From positions 2,671-66,670 of the forward strand of contig CAYMTQ010000003.1 of assembly GCA_964393395.1 (NCBI GenBank): a stretch of DNA of 64,000 bases, read 5' to 3'. The notes beneath the pieces were generated by a model. It was not told the origin of the DNA, did no database searches, and saw only the letters and a list, made by a program, of their open reading frames with translations. The translations under genes and the position numbers were made by a program. Positions 1-8,585 of the stretch are shown in pieces (within the stretch, counting starts at the first letter, position 1; each line of letters begins with the position of its first letter). Origin of the DNA: an uncultured Sangeribacter sp. (GTDB lineage Bacteria; Bacteroidota; Bacteroidia; Bacteroidales; Muribaculaceae).

Positions 1-463
1 CCTGCAAGCCGACTGTCTCGATCAAAATCATGTTTTCATGAGCCATCTTTTCAAGCAGTCCGAGTTTCTGCTTTTGAAGTTGATATTCCGTCAGTGCGTT
101 GGCTATTTCCTGACGCTGTTGAGCTTCGGTTGCGAGAGCAAGCGAAGAGAACGCATCGGCCTGGGCCCGGGCTTCATTCTTCCGGGCATTATAAACCCCG
201 AACCACTCGAAACCCCATTCAACTCCGACATTCCAGCGGTTATCGACATCCTTTGGCATCCACATATATTCACCGACCAGTTCCGGATCCGGCAGAGCTG
301 AGAGTGTGTTGATATCAGCCCGGGCCACACCCGCCTCAAGACGAGCTTTGACTACATCGGGATTAAGCGCAGTGATCGAATCTAATGTGGTGTAAAAAGA
401 CATTCCATTGGCCGGAATTGATCCGAGAGCGAGTAAAACCGTCAGGGCGGCATAGGCTTTCAT
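1..463 (-). CDS. Outer-membrane efflux protein, TolC/CzcC family (N-terminal part; gene continues past the left edge)
   Basis: My own translation of the minus strand from ATG (cat at 461-463) gives MKAYAALTVLLALGSIPANGMSFYTTLDSITALNPDVVKARLEAGVARADINTL... It stays open down to position 2 with no in-frame stop and has a signal peptide. It lies downstream of the adaptor and RND pump on the same strand. It is absent from the supplied ORF track because it has no stop in the window. Confidence 0.7.
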   Translation of the reverse strand, partial: MKAYAALTVLLALGSIPANGMSFYTTLDSITALNPDVVKARLEAGVARADINTLSALPDPELVGEYMWMPKDVDNRWNVGVEWGFEWFGVYNARKNEARAQADAFSSLALATEAQQRQEIANALTEYQLQKQKLGLLEKMAHENMILIETVGLQ

Positions 464-652
464 GGATATTTAGGTTCGTTTAGTTACTTAATGAGATAGG
501 GATAAATGTGTCAAAAAGAAGTGATGTTAAGTTAATTTCACTTCATGTTCACTATTAATATGACAAAAATGCCGTTAAAAAGGTTTAAGATCCGATCTAA
601 AAAATCGAAAGATCGCTGTCGCTTCGGATTCGGGTACGGTCTCATTCCTTTT

Positions 653-737
653 AGATATCAATGGAGGTTCTCTTTAAGCTATTGATGTTTTCTTTAAGCT
701 ATTGAGGTTCTCTTTAAGATATCAATGGAGGTTCCAT
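653..737. repeat. Complex intergenic tandem/direct repeat between the RND pump and the TolC-like gene
   Basis: An 18-nt perfect direct repeat AGATATCAATGGAGGTTC (653-670 and 717-734) flanks two 20-nt tandem units, CTATTGATGTTTTCTTTAAG (679-698) and CTATTGAGGTTCTCTTTAAG (699-718). TCTTTAAG occurs three times (671, 691, 711). Confidence 0.9.
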
Positions 738-751
738 AAAAATCAAAGCGT

Positions 752-3700
752 TCAAGCTTTGGATTCCTGCCTTTTATCCCACAGCAGATAGAGCGAGGGG
801 AGCAGGAAAATATTGAGCAGGGTAGAGGAGATGAGTCCTCCGAGAATCACGAGGGCAAGAGGTGCCTGGATTTCATTTCCCGGAAGATCCCCACGCAATA
901 CGATAGGAAGAAGTGCGAGCGTCGAGGTCAGGGCCGTCATGACGATAGGGTTAAGCCGGTCTGCAGAGCCGCGGATTACGACAGCCTCCCGGTTGAGTCC
1001 ACGGCTCCGGAGCCTGTTGTATTCACTCATCAGCAACATTCCGTTTCTGGTCGATATGCCAAGAAGAGATACGAAACCAATAATCGCAGGGATATTGAGT
1101 TCGCTTCCTGTCAGTTTCAGAATAAGGACACCACCGATCATCGCGAGCGGCATATTGAGAAGAATCAGCAGAGCCTGGCGCCACGATCTGAATTCGCCAT
1201 AGAGCAGAAGTGAAATGACGATAAGAGCGAGAAGAGAAGTCAGGGCGAGCGTCCGCGAAGCGGATTCTTCGTTCTCGAACTGGCCGGACAGCTGGATGCT
1301 TATGCCTTCGGGAATTTTGACTGAACTGATCTTTTCCTTAAGCTCATTCACAGCGCCTCTCTGGTCGCGGCCTTCAATATTTGCGGTCACCGTAAGACGT
1401 CTTTTTCCGTTTTCCCGGTTTATACCGCTCGGTCCCGAAGTAGAGACTATGTCGCACAATTCCGACAGAGGCACTACACCCTTCGGAGTCGTTACCGCCA
1501 CGTCAGCCAAACCCTCGGGAGTGCGCTTGTCCTGTGACATACGCAAAGTGACGGGGAAAGGGTAGCCTTGTTCATAGACGATCCCGACTTCCCGACCACC
1601 GACCGTGGTTTCGACGAATTCACGGAATAGAGCCGGCGTCACTCCATATCTTGCCAGCATCACCCGGCGTGGGCGTAACTCGAGCTGAGGCCTCGGCACA
1701 AGCGGTTCGACCGTGACATCCTCGAGCCCTTCAATTCCCTTCATCTCAGCTGCGAGCATATTTCCGGTTCTCAGCATTTCGTCAAGATCCTCTCCGAAAA
1801 TCTTCAGGCTGAGCTGAGCTTCGCTTCCGGTCAGCATCGCGTCGATGCGGTGAGAGATAGGCTGCCCGACCTCAATAGTGACTCCGGGAAGATGTGCAAG
1901 TGCCTCACGTATCTGTCCGGCGAGCTCGGAACGTGTCATTCCATCCGGAAGTTCGTATGGAGCTTCAATCTCAGAGACATTGACTCCGAGAGAATGTTCA
2001 TCGAGTTCCGCACGGCCAGTCTTGCGGGCCGTTGTCTTGATTCCGGGTGTCTTAAGTATAATTTCTTCAGCCTGACGGCCGATCCTGTCGCTCTCTTCAA
2101 GCGAGATTCCCGGCATCGCGCTGATATTGATCGTGAAAGAACCCTCATTGAACGGAGGCAGGAAGCTCCGGCCAAGGGTTGGGAGAATGGCTGCCGCTAT
2201 TACGAAAAGCACTGCGGTGGTGATGAAAACTGGCTTCGGATTACGCAATGTGCGTTTCAAACCTCCGACATATTTCGATTTCAGCCACAGGGCAGTTTTC
2301 GGCTGGCGACCAGTGGACAGTGTGTCTCCGTTTTCCTTGTCCTTTCTTCCGCCGAGAAGATATGAGCACAGCACCGGAGTCAGGGTCAGTGCCACAACAG
2401 TCGAGACGGCGAGAGAGACCATGAACGCAATGCCGAGAGGCTTCAGAAGGCGTCCCTCCATTCCGCTGAGGAAAAACAACGGAGTGAAGGCCGCGCAGAT
2501 TATGAGCGTGGAGTTGAGTATCGGCATCCTCACCTCTCTTGAAGCCCGGAAGACCACTTCAATCAGCGGGAGACGTCTGTCTTCCGGGAGGCGGTTATTC
2601 CTCCGGATCCTTTTGTATACGTTCTCCACGTCGACAATCGCATCGTCAACTAATGACCCGATGGCGATAGCGATACCGCCTAAAGTCATGGTGTTGACAG
2701 TCAGTCCGAAGAGACGCAGAACAGCTAATGTTATGATGACCGAAACCGGAAGTGCAAGAGAAGAAATCAGGGTAGTCCTTAGATTGAAAAGGAAAATGAA
2801 GAGCACAAGGATAACGAACAGTGCACCTTCGAACAGCGATACGCGGAGATTACCGACAGAATTGGATATGAAATCAGACTGCCGGAAAATGTCAGTCTTG
2901 AATTTGATATTCCCCTGAAGTGTGGGGATTATTTCCGACAGAGTATTTTCGAGTTTCTTTGTCAGGCCGGTCGAACCGATGCCCGGCTGCTTGCTGACCG
3001 TGATGAGCACTGAAGGACGCGTTTCGACAGAAGCGCATCCGATCGCCGGGGTCTGCACACCGCGGGAAACGTGAGCCACATCTCCTAAAGTCACCGTTGT
3101 TCCTTCGGGCGAGACACCGACCACAGCCTGAGCCATTTCCTCGGGATCAGTGGTCTGCATCCTTGCTTTGACCGAGTACTCATTTCCCCAATCCTCCATG
3201 ATACTTCCCGAGGCATCAGTAGTGAACTGTTCGAGAGCCTCGGCTACGTCATTGACTGAAAGGCCGTAAAACTTCAGTTTGTCAGGGGATATTACGATAG
3301 TGTATTCTTCAGGATTTCCACCTATGACCGACACCTGTGCGACACCCGGAATGCTTCTCAAGCGAGGTGCTATATCACGTTCGGCAGTGGTTCGCAAGGC
3401 TCCTCCGCTCAATTTATCCGATTCAAGGCCAATAATCAGAATCTCACCCAGAATCGAAGACTGTGGACCCAGAACCGGTACTCCGCATCCGTTGGGCAAT
3501 GACACGGCGCCGAGACGTTCCGTCACGGTCTGTCGGGCGAGATATATGTCCGTTCCCCATTCAAACTCGGCCTTCACGATTGAGAATCCCGTGGCGGAAG
3601 CCGACGTTACCCGTCTGATGCCGGACGCACCACCGAGAGCGGTCTCCACCTCCCGGCTGACACTTTTCTCGACTTCTTCCGGCGAGAGTCCCGGAGCTTC

Positions 3701-3853
3701 GGTCATGACCGTGACGGTCGGGGCATTCAGATCAGGGAAAATATCGACCTCCATCGAGAGGAGAGCGACCATTGAAATGAATAGAAGTATAGCCGATGTG
3801 GCGAGGACAGCCACCCTGTTTGAAAGTGATGTCCGGATTATTTTGTTGAGCAT
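752..3853 (-). CDS. Heavy-metal efflux RND permease, CusA/CzcA family
   Basis: 1033-aa ORF with 12-TM RND architecture. The N-terminus NRVAVLATSAILLFISMVALLSMEVDIFPDLNAPTVTVMTEAPGLSPEEVE is typical of HME-RND pumps. It is flanked by an adaptor and a TolC-like gene. Confidence 0.93.
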   Translation of the reverse strand: MLNKIIRTSLSNRVAVLATSAILLFISMVALLSMEVDIFPDLNAPTVTVMTEAPGLSPEEVEKSVSREVETALGGASGIRRVTSASATGFSIVKAEFEWGTDIYLARQTVTERLGAVSLPNGCGVPVLGPQSSILGEILIIGLESDKLSGGALRTTAERDIAPRLRSIPGVAQVSVIGGNPEEYTIVISPDKLKFYGLSVNDVAEALEQFTTDASGSIMEDWGNEYSVKARMQTTDPEEMAQAVVGVSPEGTTVTLGDVAHVSRGVQTPAIGCASVETRPSVLITVSKQPGIGSTGLTKKLENTLSEIIPTLQGNIKFKTDIFRQSDFISNSVGNLRVSLFEGALFVILVLFIFLFNLRTTLISSLALPVSVIITLAVLRLFGLTVNTMTLGGIAIAIGSLVDDAIVDVENVYKRIRRNNRLPEDRRLPLIEVVFRASREVRMPILNSTLIICAAFTPLFFLSGMEGRLLKPLGIAFMVSLAVSTVVALTLTPVLCSYLLGGRKDKENGDTLSTGRQPKTALWLKSKYVGGLKRTLRNPKPVFITTAVLFVIAAAILPTLGRSFLPPFNEGSFTINISAMPGISLEESDRIGRQAEEIILKTPGIKTTARKTGRAELDEHSLGVNVSEIEAPYELPDGMTRSELAGQIREALAHLPGVTIEVGQPISHRIDAMLTGSEAQLSLKIFGEDLDEMLRTGNMLAAEMKGIEGLEDVTVEPLVPRPQLELRPRRVMLARYGVTPALFREFVETTVGGREVGIVYEQGYPFPVTLRMSQDKRTPEGLADVAVTTPKGVVPLSELCDIVSTSGPSGINRENGKRRLTVTANIEGRDQRGAVNELKEKISSVKIPEGISIQLSGQFENEESASRTLALTSLLALIVISLLLYGEFRSWRQALLILLNMPLAMIGGVLILKLTGSELNIPAIIGFVSLLGISTRNGMLLMSEYNRLRSRGLNREAVVIRGSADRLNPIVMTALTSTLALLPIVLRGDLPGNEIQAPLALVILGGLISSTLLNIFLLPSLYLLWDKRQESKA

Positions 3854-3893
3854 GACGGTTTCTGTTCGGAATCAATGATTTTTCAGTTCAGAA

Positions 3894-5087
3894 TCAATGA
3901 TGATGTGAATGAGCCGGCGGAGCAATATGTGATATCTCAGCCATACGTATGACGCGTGCGCCTTCCGAGACAATCTCATTTCCGGCTTCAATACCTGACA
4001 GGATCTCGACACGGATTCCGTCAGACCCTCCGGTCTCGACACGCCTTTTCGCATATTTCCCTTCATGCACTTTCTCGAAGATATATTTGACTCCCTGGAT
4101 CTCGACTATTGCATTGCGGGGGACGGTAAGCACATCGGGTCTAGATGGGCCAGTCAGCCATATCTCGGCATAAGCTCCCGGGACGGCAGAACCATTGTTG
4201 GCGAAAGAAAAACGCACAGGGATGTAACCTTCTGCCGCAACTGTGGCGTCGCCCCCTAAGCGTCGGCCGCCACAATCCCGGAGAGATACGGCCTCAGCCA
4301 TCCCTTCCTGGCGGAAATTGGCCGACGATGCGCTCCGTGCCATAGCCGCATGGCGTGCCGGAACGTCAGCCCTGAGGGTCAGGGAAGTATTGCGCGAAAT
4401 GACGGCCAGTGTCTGTCCCCGGTCAACATATTCGCCGTTGCGGACCATTACGGAAGTTATTACTCCCGAGCCCGGAGCAGTCGCTGATCCGCTTACTGAT
4501 CCGCCACCCTCGGCGCGTGCGGCTGCAAGCTCCGCCTCAGCTCTCTGAAATTCCGCCCGGCTGACGGCCCCGGAGGCGACAAGAGGACGCAGACGCTCCA
4601 CCTCGCGTTCGGCGGCTGCAAGCTTAGAACGCGCAGCCGTCACATTATCTCCTCCCTCCAGACCTGCGGAACTGATGGTTCCGAGTGACTGGCCGGCAGA
4701 AACACGGGCGCCGGCCTGAAGCGCGTGAGACGCTGTGAAGCGTCCGCTTCGGGGAGCTGAGACAACGAATTCTCCTTCTGTCGCACGTTCGACCTCTCCA
4801 CCGACAAGCAATGTTTCGGCAAACTGACCACGTGTAGCTTTCCCGGTCTTTACGCCAAGACGGACCGCCTCTTTGTCCGGGAGGGGAATTTCGCCGTCAT
4901 GTCCGTCGTGTTCATGTCCTTCGCGCGCTTCATGATCATGATCGTGTTCATCATGTGATTCACTTTCATGGTCATGCTGTTCCGTTTCATGGTCATGTCC
5001 GTCGTGGTCATGATCATTATGTGATGCGCAGGAACCCATTGAGAGACCGGCGGCTATGATAAGGTAAAGAAGCAATTTCCTGTTCAT
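3894..5087 (-). CDS. Efflux RND periplasmic adaptor (HlyD/CzcB-like) lipoprotein with a His/Asp/Glu-rich N-terminal tract
   Basis: The ORF track extends to 5264, but the internal ATG at 5087 gives MNRKLLLYLIIAAGLSMGSC (a lipobox), which is the plausible start. A coiled-coil and beta-barrel adaptor body follows. The His-rich tract is HNDHDHDGHDHETEQHDHESESHDEHDHDHEAREGHEHDGHDGE and the C-terminus is HSHHH. Confidence 0.88.
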   Translation of the reverse strand: MNRKLLLYLIIAAGLSMGSCASHNDHDHDGHDHETEQHDHESESHDEHDHDHEAREGHEHDGHDGEIPLPDKEAVRLGVKTGKATRGQFAETLLVGGEVERATEGEFVVSAPRSGRFTASHALQAGARVSAGQSLGTISSAGLEGGDNVTAARSKLAAAEREVERLRPLVASGAVSRAEFQRAEAELAAARAEGGGSVSGSATAPGSGVITSVMVRNGEYVDRGQTLAVISRNTSLTLRADVPARHAAMARSASSANFRQEGMAEAVSLRDCGGRRLGGDATVAAEGYIPVRFSFANNGSAVPGAYAEIWLTGPSRPDVLTVPRNAIVEIQGVKYIFEKVHEGKYAKRRVETGGSDGIRVEILSGIEAGNEIVSEGARVIRMAEISHIAPPAHSHHH

Positions 5088-5098
5088 GTCGATTCTAT

Positions 5099-5141
5099 TT
5101 GACTTTCGGGGTCTAAGACCTCTTGACTTTCGGGGTCTAAG
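5099..5141 (-). promoter_or_regulatory. Perfect 19-nt direct repeat (x2, 24-nt period) between the predicted -7 box and the start codon of the efflux operon
   Basis: TTGACTTTCGGGGTCTAAG occurs at 5099-5117 and 5123-5141. On the coding (minus) strand it starts 6 nt after the TAGCTTTG box and ends 11 nt before the ATG at 5087. Confidence 0.6.
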
Positions 5142-5147
5142 GTGACG

Positions 5148-5155
5148 CAAAGCTA
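5148..5155 (-). promoter_or_regulatory. Bacteroidetes-type -7 promoter box (TAGCTTTG) for the adaptor/RND operon
   Basis: The plus strand reads CAAAGCTA, which is TAGCTTTG on the minus strand and matches TAnnTTTG. It lies 60 nt upstream of the ATG at 5087. Confidence 0.45.
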
Positions 5156-5271
5156 ACCAAATAACCTCACACATCGTGTGCAGGAAAGCTTCCGGAGACC
5201 GATATAACCCATATTTTAAGTAACAGAGCCTAAAAACCGCGGGAAATGAGCCGTATGTCATCATAATTTGC

Positions 5272-5279
5272 TAATTTTG
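5272..5279 (+). promoter_or_regulatory. -7 promoter box TAATTTTG upstream of holB
   Basis: Exact TAnnTTTG match ending 6 nt before the ATG at 5286. Confidence 0.45.
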
Positions 5280-5285
5280 CAGATT

Positions 5286-6410
5286 ATGAAATTCGCGGAC
5301 ATTCCGGGACATGAAGATGCAAAGGAGCATCTGGTACGAATGGCTGACTCAGGCCGTATTCCTCACGCGTTGCTCATTTCAGGACGTTCTGGAATCGGGA
5401 AGATGAAGCTTGCCCGTGCTTTTGCGCAATATATCCATTGCGAGAACCGCCACGGCGGAGACTCATGCGGGGTGTGTCCTTCATGCCGGAGGGTAGTATC
5501 ATTTTCAGATCCGGATATCATCTACAGCTACCCCGTGCTCAAGAAAGTTTCCGGAAAACCTGCGGTCTCTTCCGACTATTCAGAGCAGTGGGAACAGATG
5601 TTGCGCGACAGTCCGGACATGGACTACACACGCTGGCAGGTACTTATAGGGGCCGAGAACAAACAGCCGGTGATTTATGTTGATGAAGCCGACTCAATCA
5701 TCTATCAGGCCAATCTCTCGACAATGGCCCACAAGGAGAAGATCTTTATTGTCTGGCTGCCCGAGAAAATGAATACCGAGACGGCCAACAAGTTGCTGAA
5801 GATATTCGAGGAACCGTTTCCTGACACATACTTCATCCTTGTCAGCAATGAGCCTTCCCTGATCCTCCCGACAATTTATTCAAGGACACAGAGGCTGAAC
5901 CTGAAACCGTTGCCGGAAAGTATCATTGAGAACTGGATGATACAGTCACGAGGATTCACCCGGGATAAAGCGGCATCACTCGCTCCGCTTGCCGAGGGAA
6001 GTCTGCTGAAAGCTGCCGAGGTCGCGGGAGGTGCAGGGGAAAGTGAGGAATTCGGCGAGATCTACAAGCGGATGATGCGGTCGGCCTACGCAGTCAACAT
6101 GATCGATCTCCGGGATCTTTCTGAAGAGATTGCAGGTTACGGCCGGGAAAAGATCCTTCGTTTTCTCAGCTATACCGCCAGAATGACACGCGAGAATTTC
6201 ATTTACAATCTTCACTATCCACTGTTGAACCGAATGACAGAAACGGAGGCTCAGTTCTCATCCCGTTTTTCAAGATTCGTCAACGAGAAAAATGTCGAAG
6301 GGATGATAGGGGAGACAGATAAGGCATCGGAAGACATATCCCGAAATGCCAATTCAAAGATAGTCCTGTTTGACTATATGCTTCAGATGGCTCTGCTTCT
6401 GAAGAAATAG
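5286..6410 (+). CDS. holB: DNA polymerase III subunit delta' (clamp-loader AAA+)
   Basis: MKFADIPGHEDAKEHLVRMADSGRIPHALLISGRSGIGKMKLARAFAQYIHCENRHGGDSCGVCPSCRRV carries a Walker A-like GxGK and the Zn-module CxxCxxC. The ORF-track start at 5268 is a TTG; the first ATG is at 5286. Confidence 0.9.
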   Translation: MKFADIPGHEDAKEHLVRMADSGRIPHALLISGRSGIGKMKLARAFAQYIHCENRHGGDSCGVCPSCRRVVSFSDPDIIYSYPVLKKVSGKPAVSSDYSEQWEQMLRDSPDMDYTRWQVLIGAENKQPVIYVDEADSIIYQANLSTMAHKEKIFIVWLPEKMNTETANKLLKIFEEPFPDTYFILVSNEPSLILPTIYSRTQRLNLKPLPESIIENWMIQSRGFTRDKAASLAPLAEGSLLKAAEVAGGAGESEEFGEIYKRMMRSAYAVNMIDLRDLSEEIAGYGREKILRFLSYTARMTRENFIYNLHYPLLNRMTETEAQFSSRFSRFVNEKNVEGMIGETDKASEDISRNANSKIVLFDYMLQMALLLKK

Positions 6411-6484
6411 ATAGGCGGGAATCAACACGATAAGAAAGAAATTCAGAACACAAACAGACAGAACACAAAATAATTCGAAGAAAT

Positions 6485-7390
6485 ATGAAACCGACTCTCT
6501 ACATTCTTGCCGCCGGCATGGGAAGCCGCTACGGAGGTCTTAAACAGCTCGACGGTCTCGGTCCGTCGGGAGAGACAATCATGGACTATTCCGTGTATGA
6601 CGCGCTCCGCGCCGGCTTCGGAAAGATTGTCTTTGTCATCCGCAAGGACTTCGAAAAGGAGTTTCGCGAAAAAGTGATCTCGAAATATGAAGGTCACATT
6701 CCTGTTGAGGTTGTATATCAGGATCTGGATGCTCTTCCTGAAGGTTATACAGTGCCTGACGGCCGGCAGAAACCCTGGGGAACAGGCCACGCTGTCCTGA
6801 TGGGAAAGGATGCTGTCAAGGAGCCGTTCGCAGTGATCAATGCCGATGATTATTACGGACCGGACAGTTTCCGCACTCTTGCCGATTTCCTCCGCAGTGT
6901 CGAAGGTCAGAAAGGAAAGTATTGCATGGTGGGCTTCGAGATCGAGAACACGCTTTCCAAGAACGGAGGTGTGTCGCGTGGCCTCTGCGAAGTGAATGAA
7001 GAGGGCTATCTGACAGGTGTCAAGGAGTGTCACGGAATCCGGATAAACGAAGCCGGAGAACTTGTCCAGACACTTGAAGACGGGACTGAGGGTTCATTCC
7101 CGAAAGGTGCTCATGTCTCCATGAACATGTGGGGATTCACACCGGATTATTTCGACTACTCCGAGAAAGCATTCATCGAATTCCTCAAAGAACACGGATC
7201 CGAGCTCAAATCTGAATTCTATATTCCGACCGTGGTCAACGATCTGATTGAAAGCGGGAAGATCACACTTAAGGTTGAGCCGACAAATTCCAAATGGTTC
7301 GGAGTGACATACGCCGCGGACCGTCCCGAAACTGTCGAACGCTTTGCCGAGCTTGTCCGTGAAGGCGTTTATCCCGAGAAACTCTTCTGA
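6485..7390 (+). CDS. Sugar-phosphate nucleotidyltransferase family protein
   Basis: The N-terminal LAAGMGSRYGGLKQLD (GxGxR signature) plus KPWGTGHAV and INADDYYG are typical of NTP_transferase-fold enzymes. The substrate is unknown. Confidence 0.8.
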   Translation: MKPTLYILAAGMGSRYGGLKQLDGLGPSGETIMDYSVYDALRAGFGKIVFVIRKDFEKEFREKVISKYEGHIPVEVVYQDLDALPEGYTVPDGRQKPWGTGHAVLMGKDAVKEPFAVINADDYYGPDSFRTLADFLRSVEGQKGKYCMVGFEIENTLSKNGGVSRGLCEVNEEGYLTGVKECHGIRINEAGELVQTLEDGTEGSFPKGAHVSMNMWGFTPDYFDYSEKAFIEFLKEHGSELKSEFYIPTVVNDLIESGKITLKVEPTNSKWFGVTYAADRPETVERFAELVREGVYPEKLF

Positions 7391-7468
7391 TTAACAACCG
7401 CTCTGATTATCACATACTCTTTTTTAAGAGCACCAGATGAAGAGCACCAAAGCACAAATCATTTCAGA

Positions 7469-8494
7469 ATGAAAGATCGCATACTGGTCACCGGCGGAAC
7501 CGGATATATCGGTTCGCATACGGTGGTTGAACTACAGGCTGCCGGTTATGACGTCGTCATAATCGACAACCTTTCCAACTCAAACCGTGAAGTTCTTGAC
7601 GGAATTGAGAAAATTTCCGGAATCCGTCCGGCGTTCGTCGAAGGTGACTGCACCGACATAGACACTCTCCGCCGGCTGTTCACGGATTATCCCGGAATCA
7701 AGGGGATCATCAATTTCGCAGCCTCAAAGGCTGTAGGTGAGTCTGTCGAGAAACCGTTGCTTTATTACCGGAACAATCTCGCGACACTCATAAATCTTCT
7801 TGAGCTGATGCCTGAATTCGGCACGAAAGGAATCGTCTTCTCTTCGTCATGTACCGTCTATGGCGAGCCTGACGTTAACCCGATCGACGAGTCCGCACCT
7901 ATCAAGCCGGCCACATCGCCCTACGGCAACACAAAACAGATCTCGGAAGAGATCATAACCGACTACATTGCTTCGGGAGCTCCGGTCAAGGCAATACTTC
8001 TCCGATATTTCAATCCCGTCGGAGCGCACCCCTCGGGTCTCATCGGTGAACTTCCCAACGGAGTGCCCAATAACCTCGTGCCATATCTGACACAGACAGC
8101 TGCCGGAATCCGAAAGGAGCTCACAGTTTTCGGAGACGACTATCCGACTCCCGACGGCTCATGTATCCGTGACTTCATCGATGTCGTCGATCTCGCCAAG
8201 GCGCATGTGATCGCAATGCGCAGGATGCTGGATGGTGAAGACAAAGACAAACTCGAAATCTTCAATCTCGGAACAGGCCGCGGACTCTCCGTTCTCGAGC
8301 TGATCGAATCGTTCGAACGTGCGACAGGTGTCAAGGTCCCCTATAAGATCGGACCACGTCGTGCGGGAGATATCGAGAAGATCTGGGCTGAACCTACCAA
8401 GGCAAACACCGTTCTCGGATGGAAAGCTCAGGTGCCTATCGACGAGACGATGGCAAATGCATGGCGCTGGCAATGCAATCTTGCTGAAAAATAA
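7469..8494 (+). CDS. galE: UDP-glucose 4-epimerase
   Basis: ILVTGGTGYIGSHT (Rossmann GxxGxxG), the SSSCTVYG serine and the YGNTK catalytic YxxxK. At 341 aa the length is typical. Confidence 0.95.
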   Translation: MKDRILVTGGTGYIGSHTVVELQAAGYDVVIIDNLSNSNREVLDGIEKISGIRPAFVEGDCTDIDTLRRLFTDYPGIKGIINFAASKAVGESVEKPLLYYRNNLATLINLLELMPEFGTKGIVFSSSCTVYGEPDVNPIDESAPIKPATSPYGNTKQISEEIITDYIASGAPVKAILLRYFNPVGAHPSGLIGELPNGVPNNLVPYLTQTAAGIRKELTVFGDDYPTPDGSCIRDFIDVVDLAKAHVIAMRRMLDGEDKDKLEIFNLGTGRGLSVLELIESFERATGVKVPYKIGPRRAGDIEKIWAEPTKANTVLGWKAQVPIDETMANAWRWQCNLAEK

Positions 8495-8509
8495 CTATAA
8501 TAACGAGTC

Positions 8510-8549
8510 TCAGACCCGATCATGCAGAAGATTTAAGCACCGGGTCTGA
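8510..8549 (+). terminator. Hairpin downstream of galE (9-bp stem, 22-nt loop, no U-tract)
   Basis: TCAGACCCG (8510-8518) pairs with CGGGTCTGA (8541-8549). It has weak terminator character. Confidence 0.3.
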
Positions 8550-8585
8550 TACTCTCAACCACGCACAAAAACACTAACTCACTTT

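Noticed and set aside
5088-5264. N-terminal extensions offered by the ORF track: the adaptor to 5264, A2M to 35216, pth to 28127, NDH-2 from 23563, nhaA from 55682, gluQ from 56964, etfB from 61057, and the secreted protein from 52486.
   Set aside because: In each case an internal ATG yields a canonical signal peptide or a conserved N-terminus. The extension would run through promoter boxes, terminators or the neighbouring gene.
6444-7449. Short direct repeats in A-rich leaders: CAGAACACAAA twice (6444-6454 and 6459-6469) upstream of the nucleotidyltransferase gene, and AGAGCACCA twice (7427-7435 and 7441-7449) upstream of galE.
   Set aside because: At 9-11 nt in low-complexity leader sequence they could be chance or slippage. 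They are too short to support a regulatory claim.
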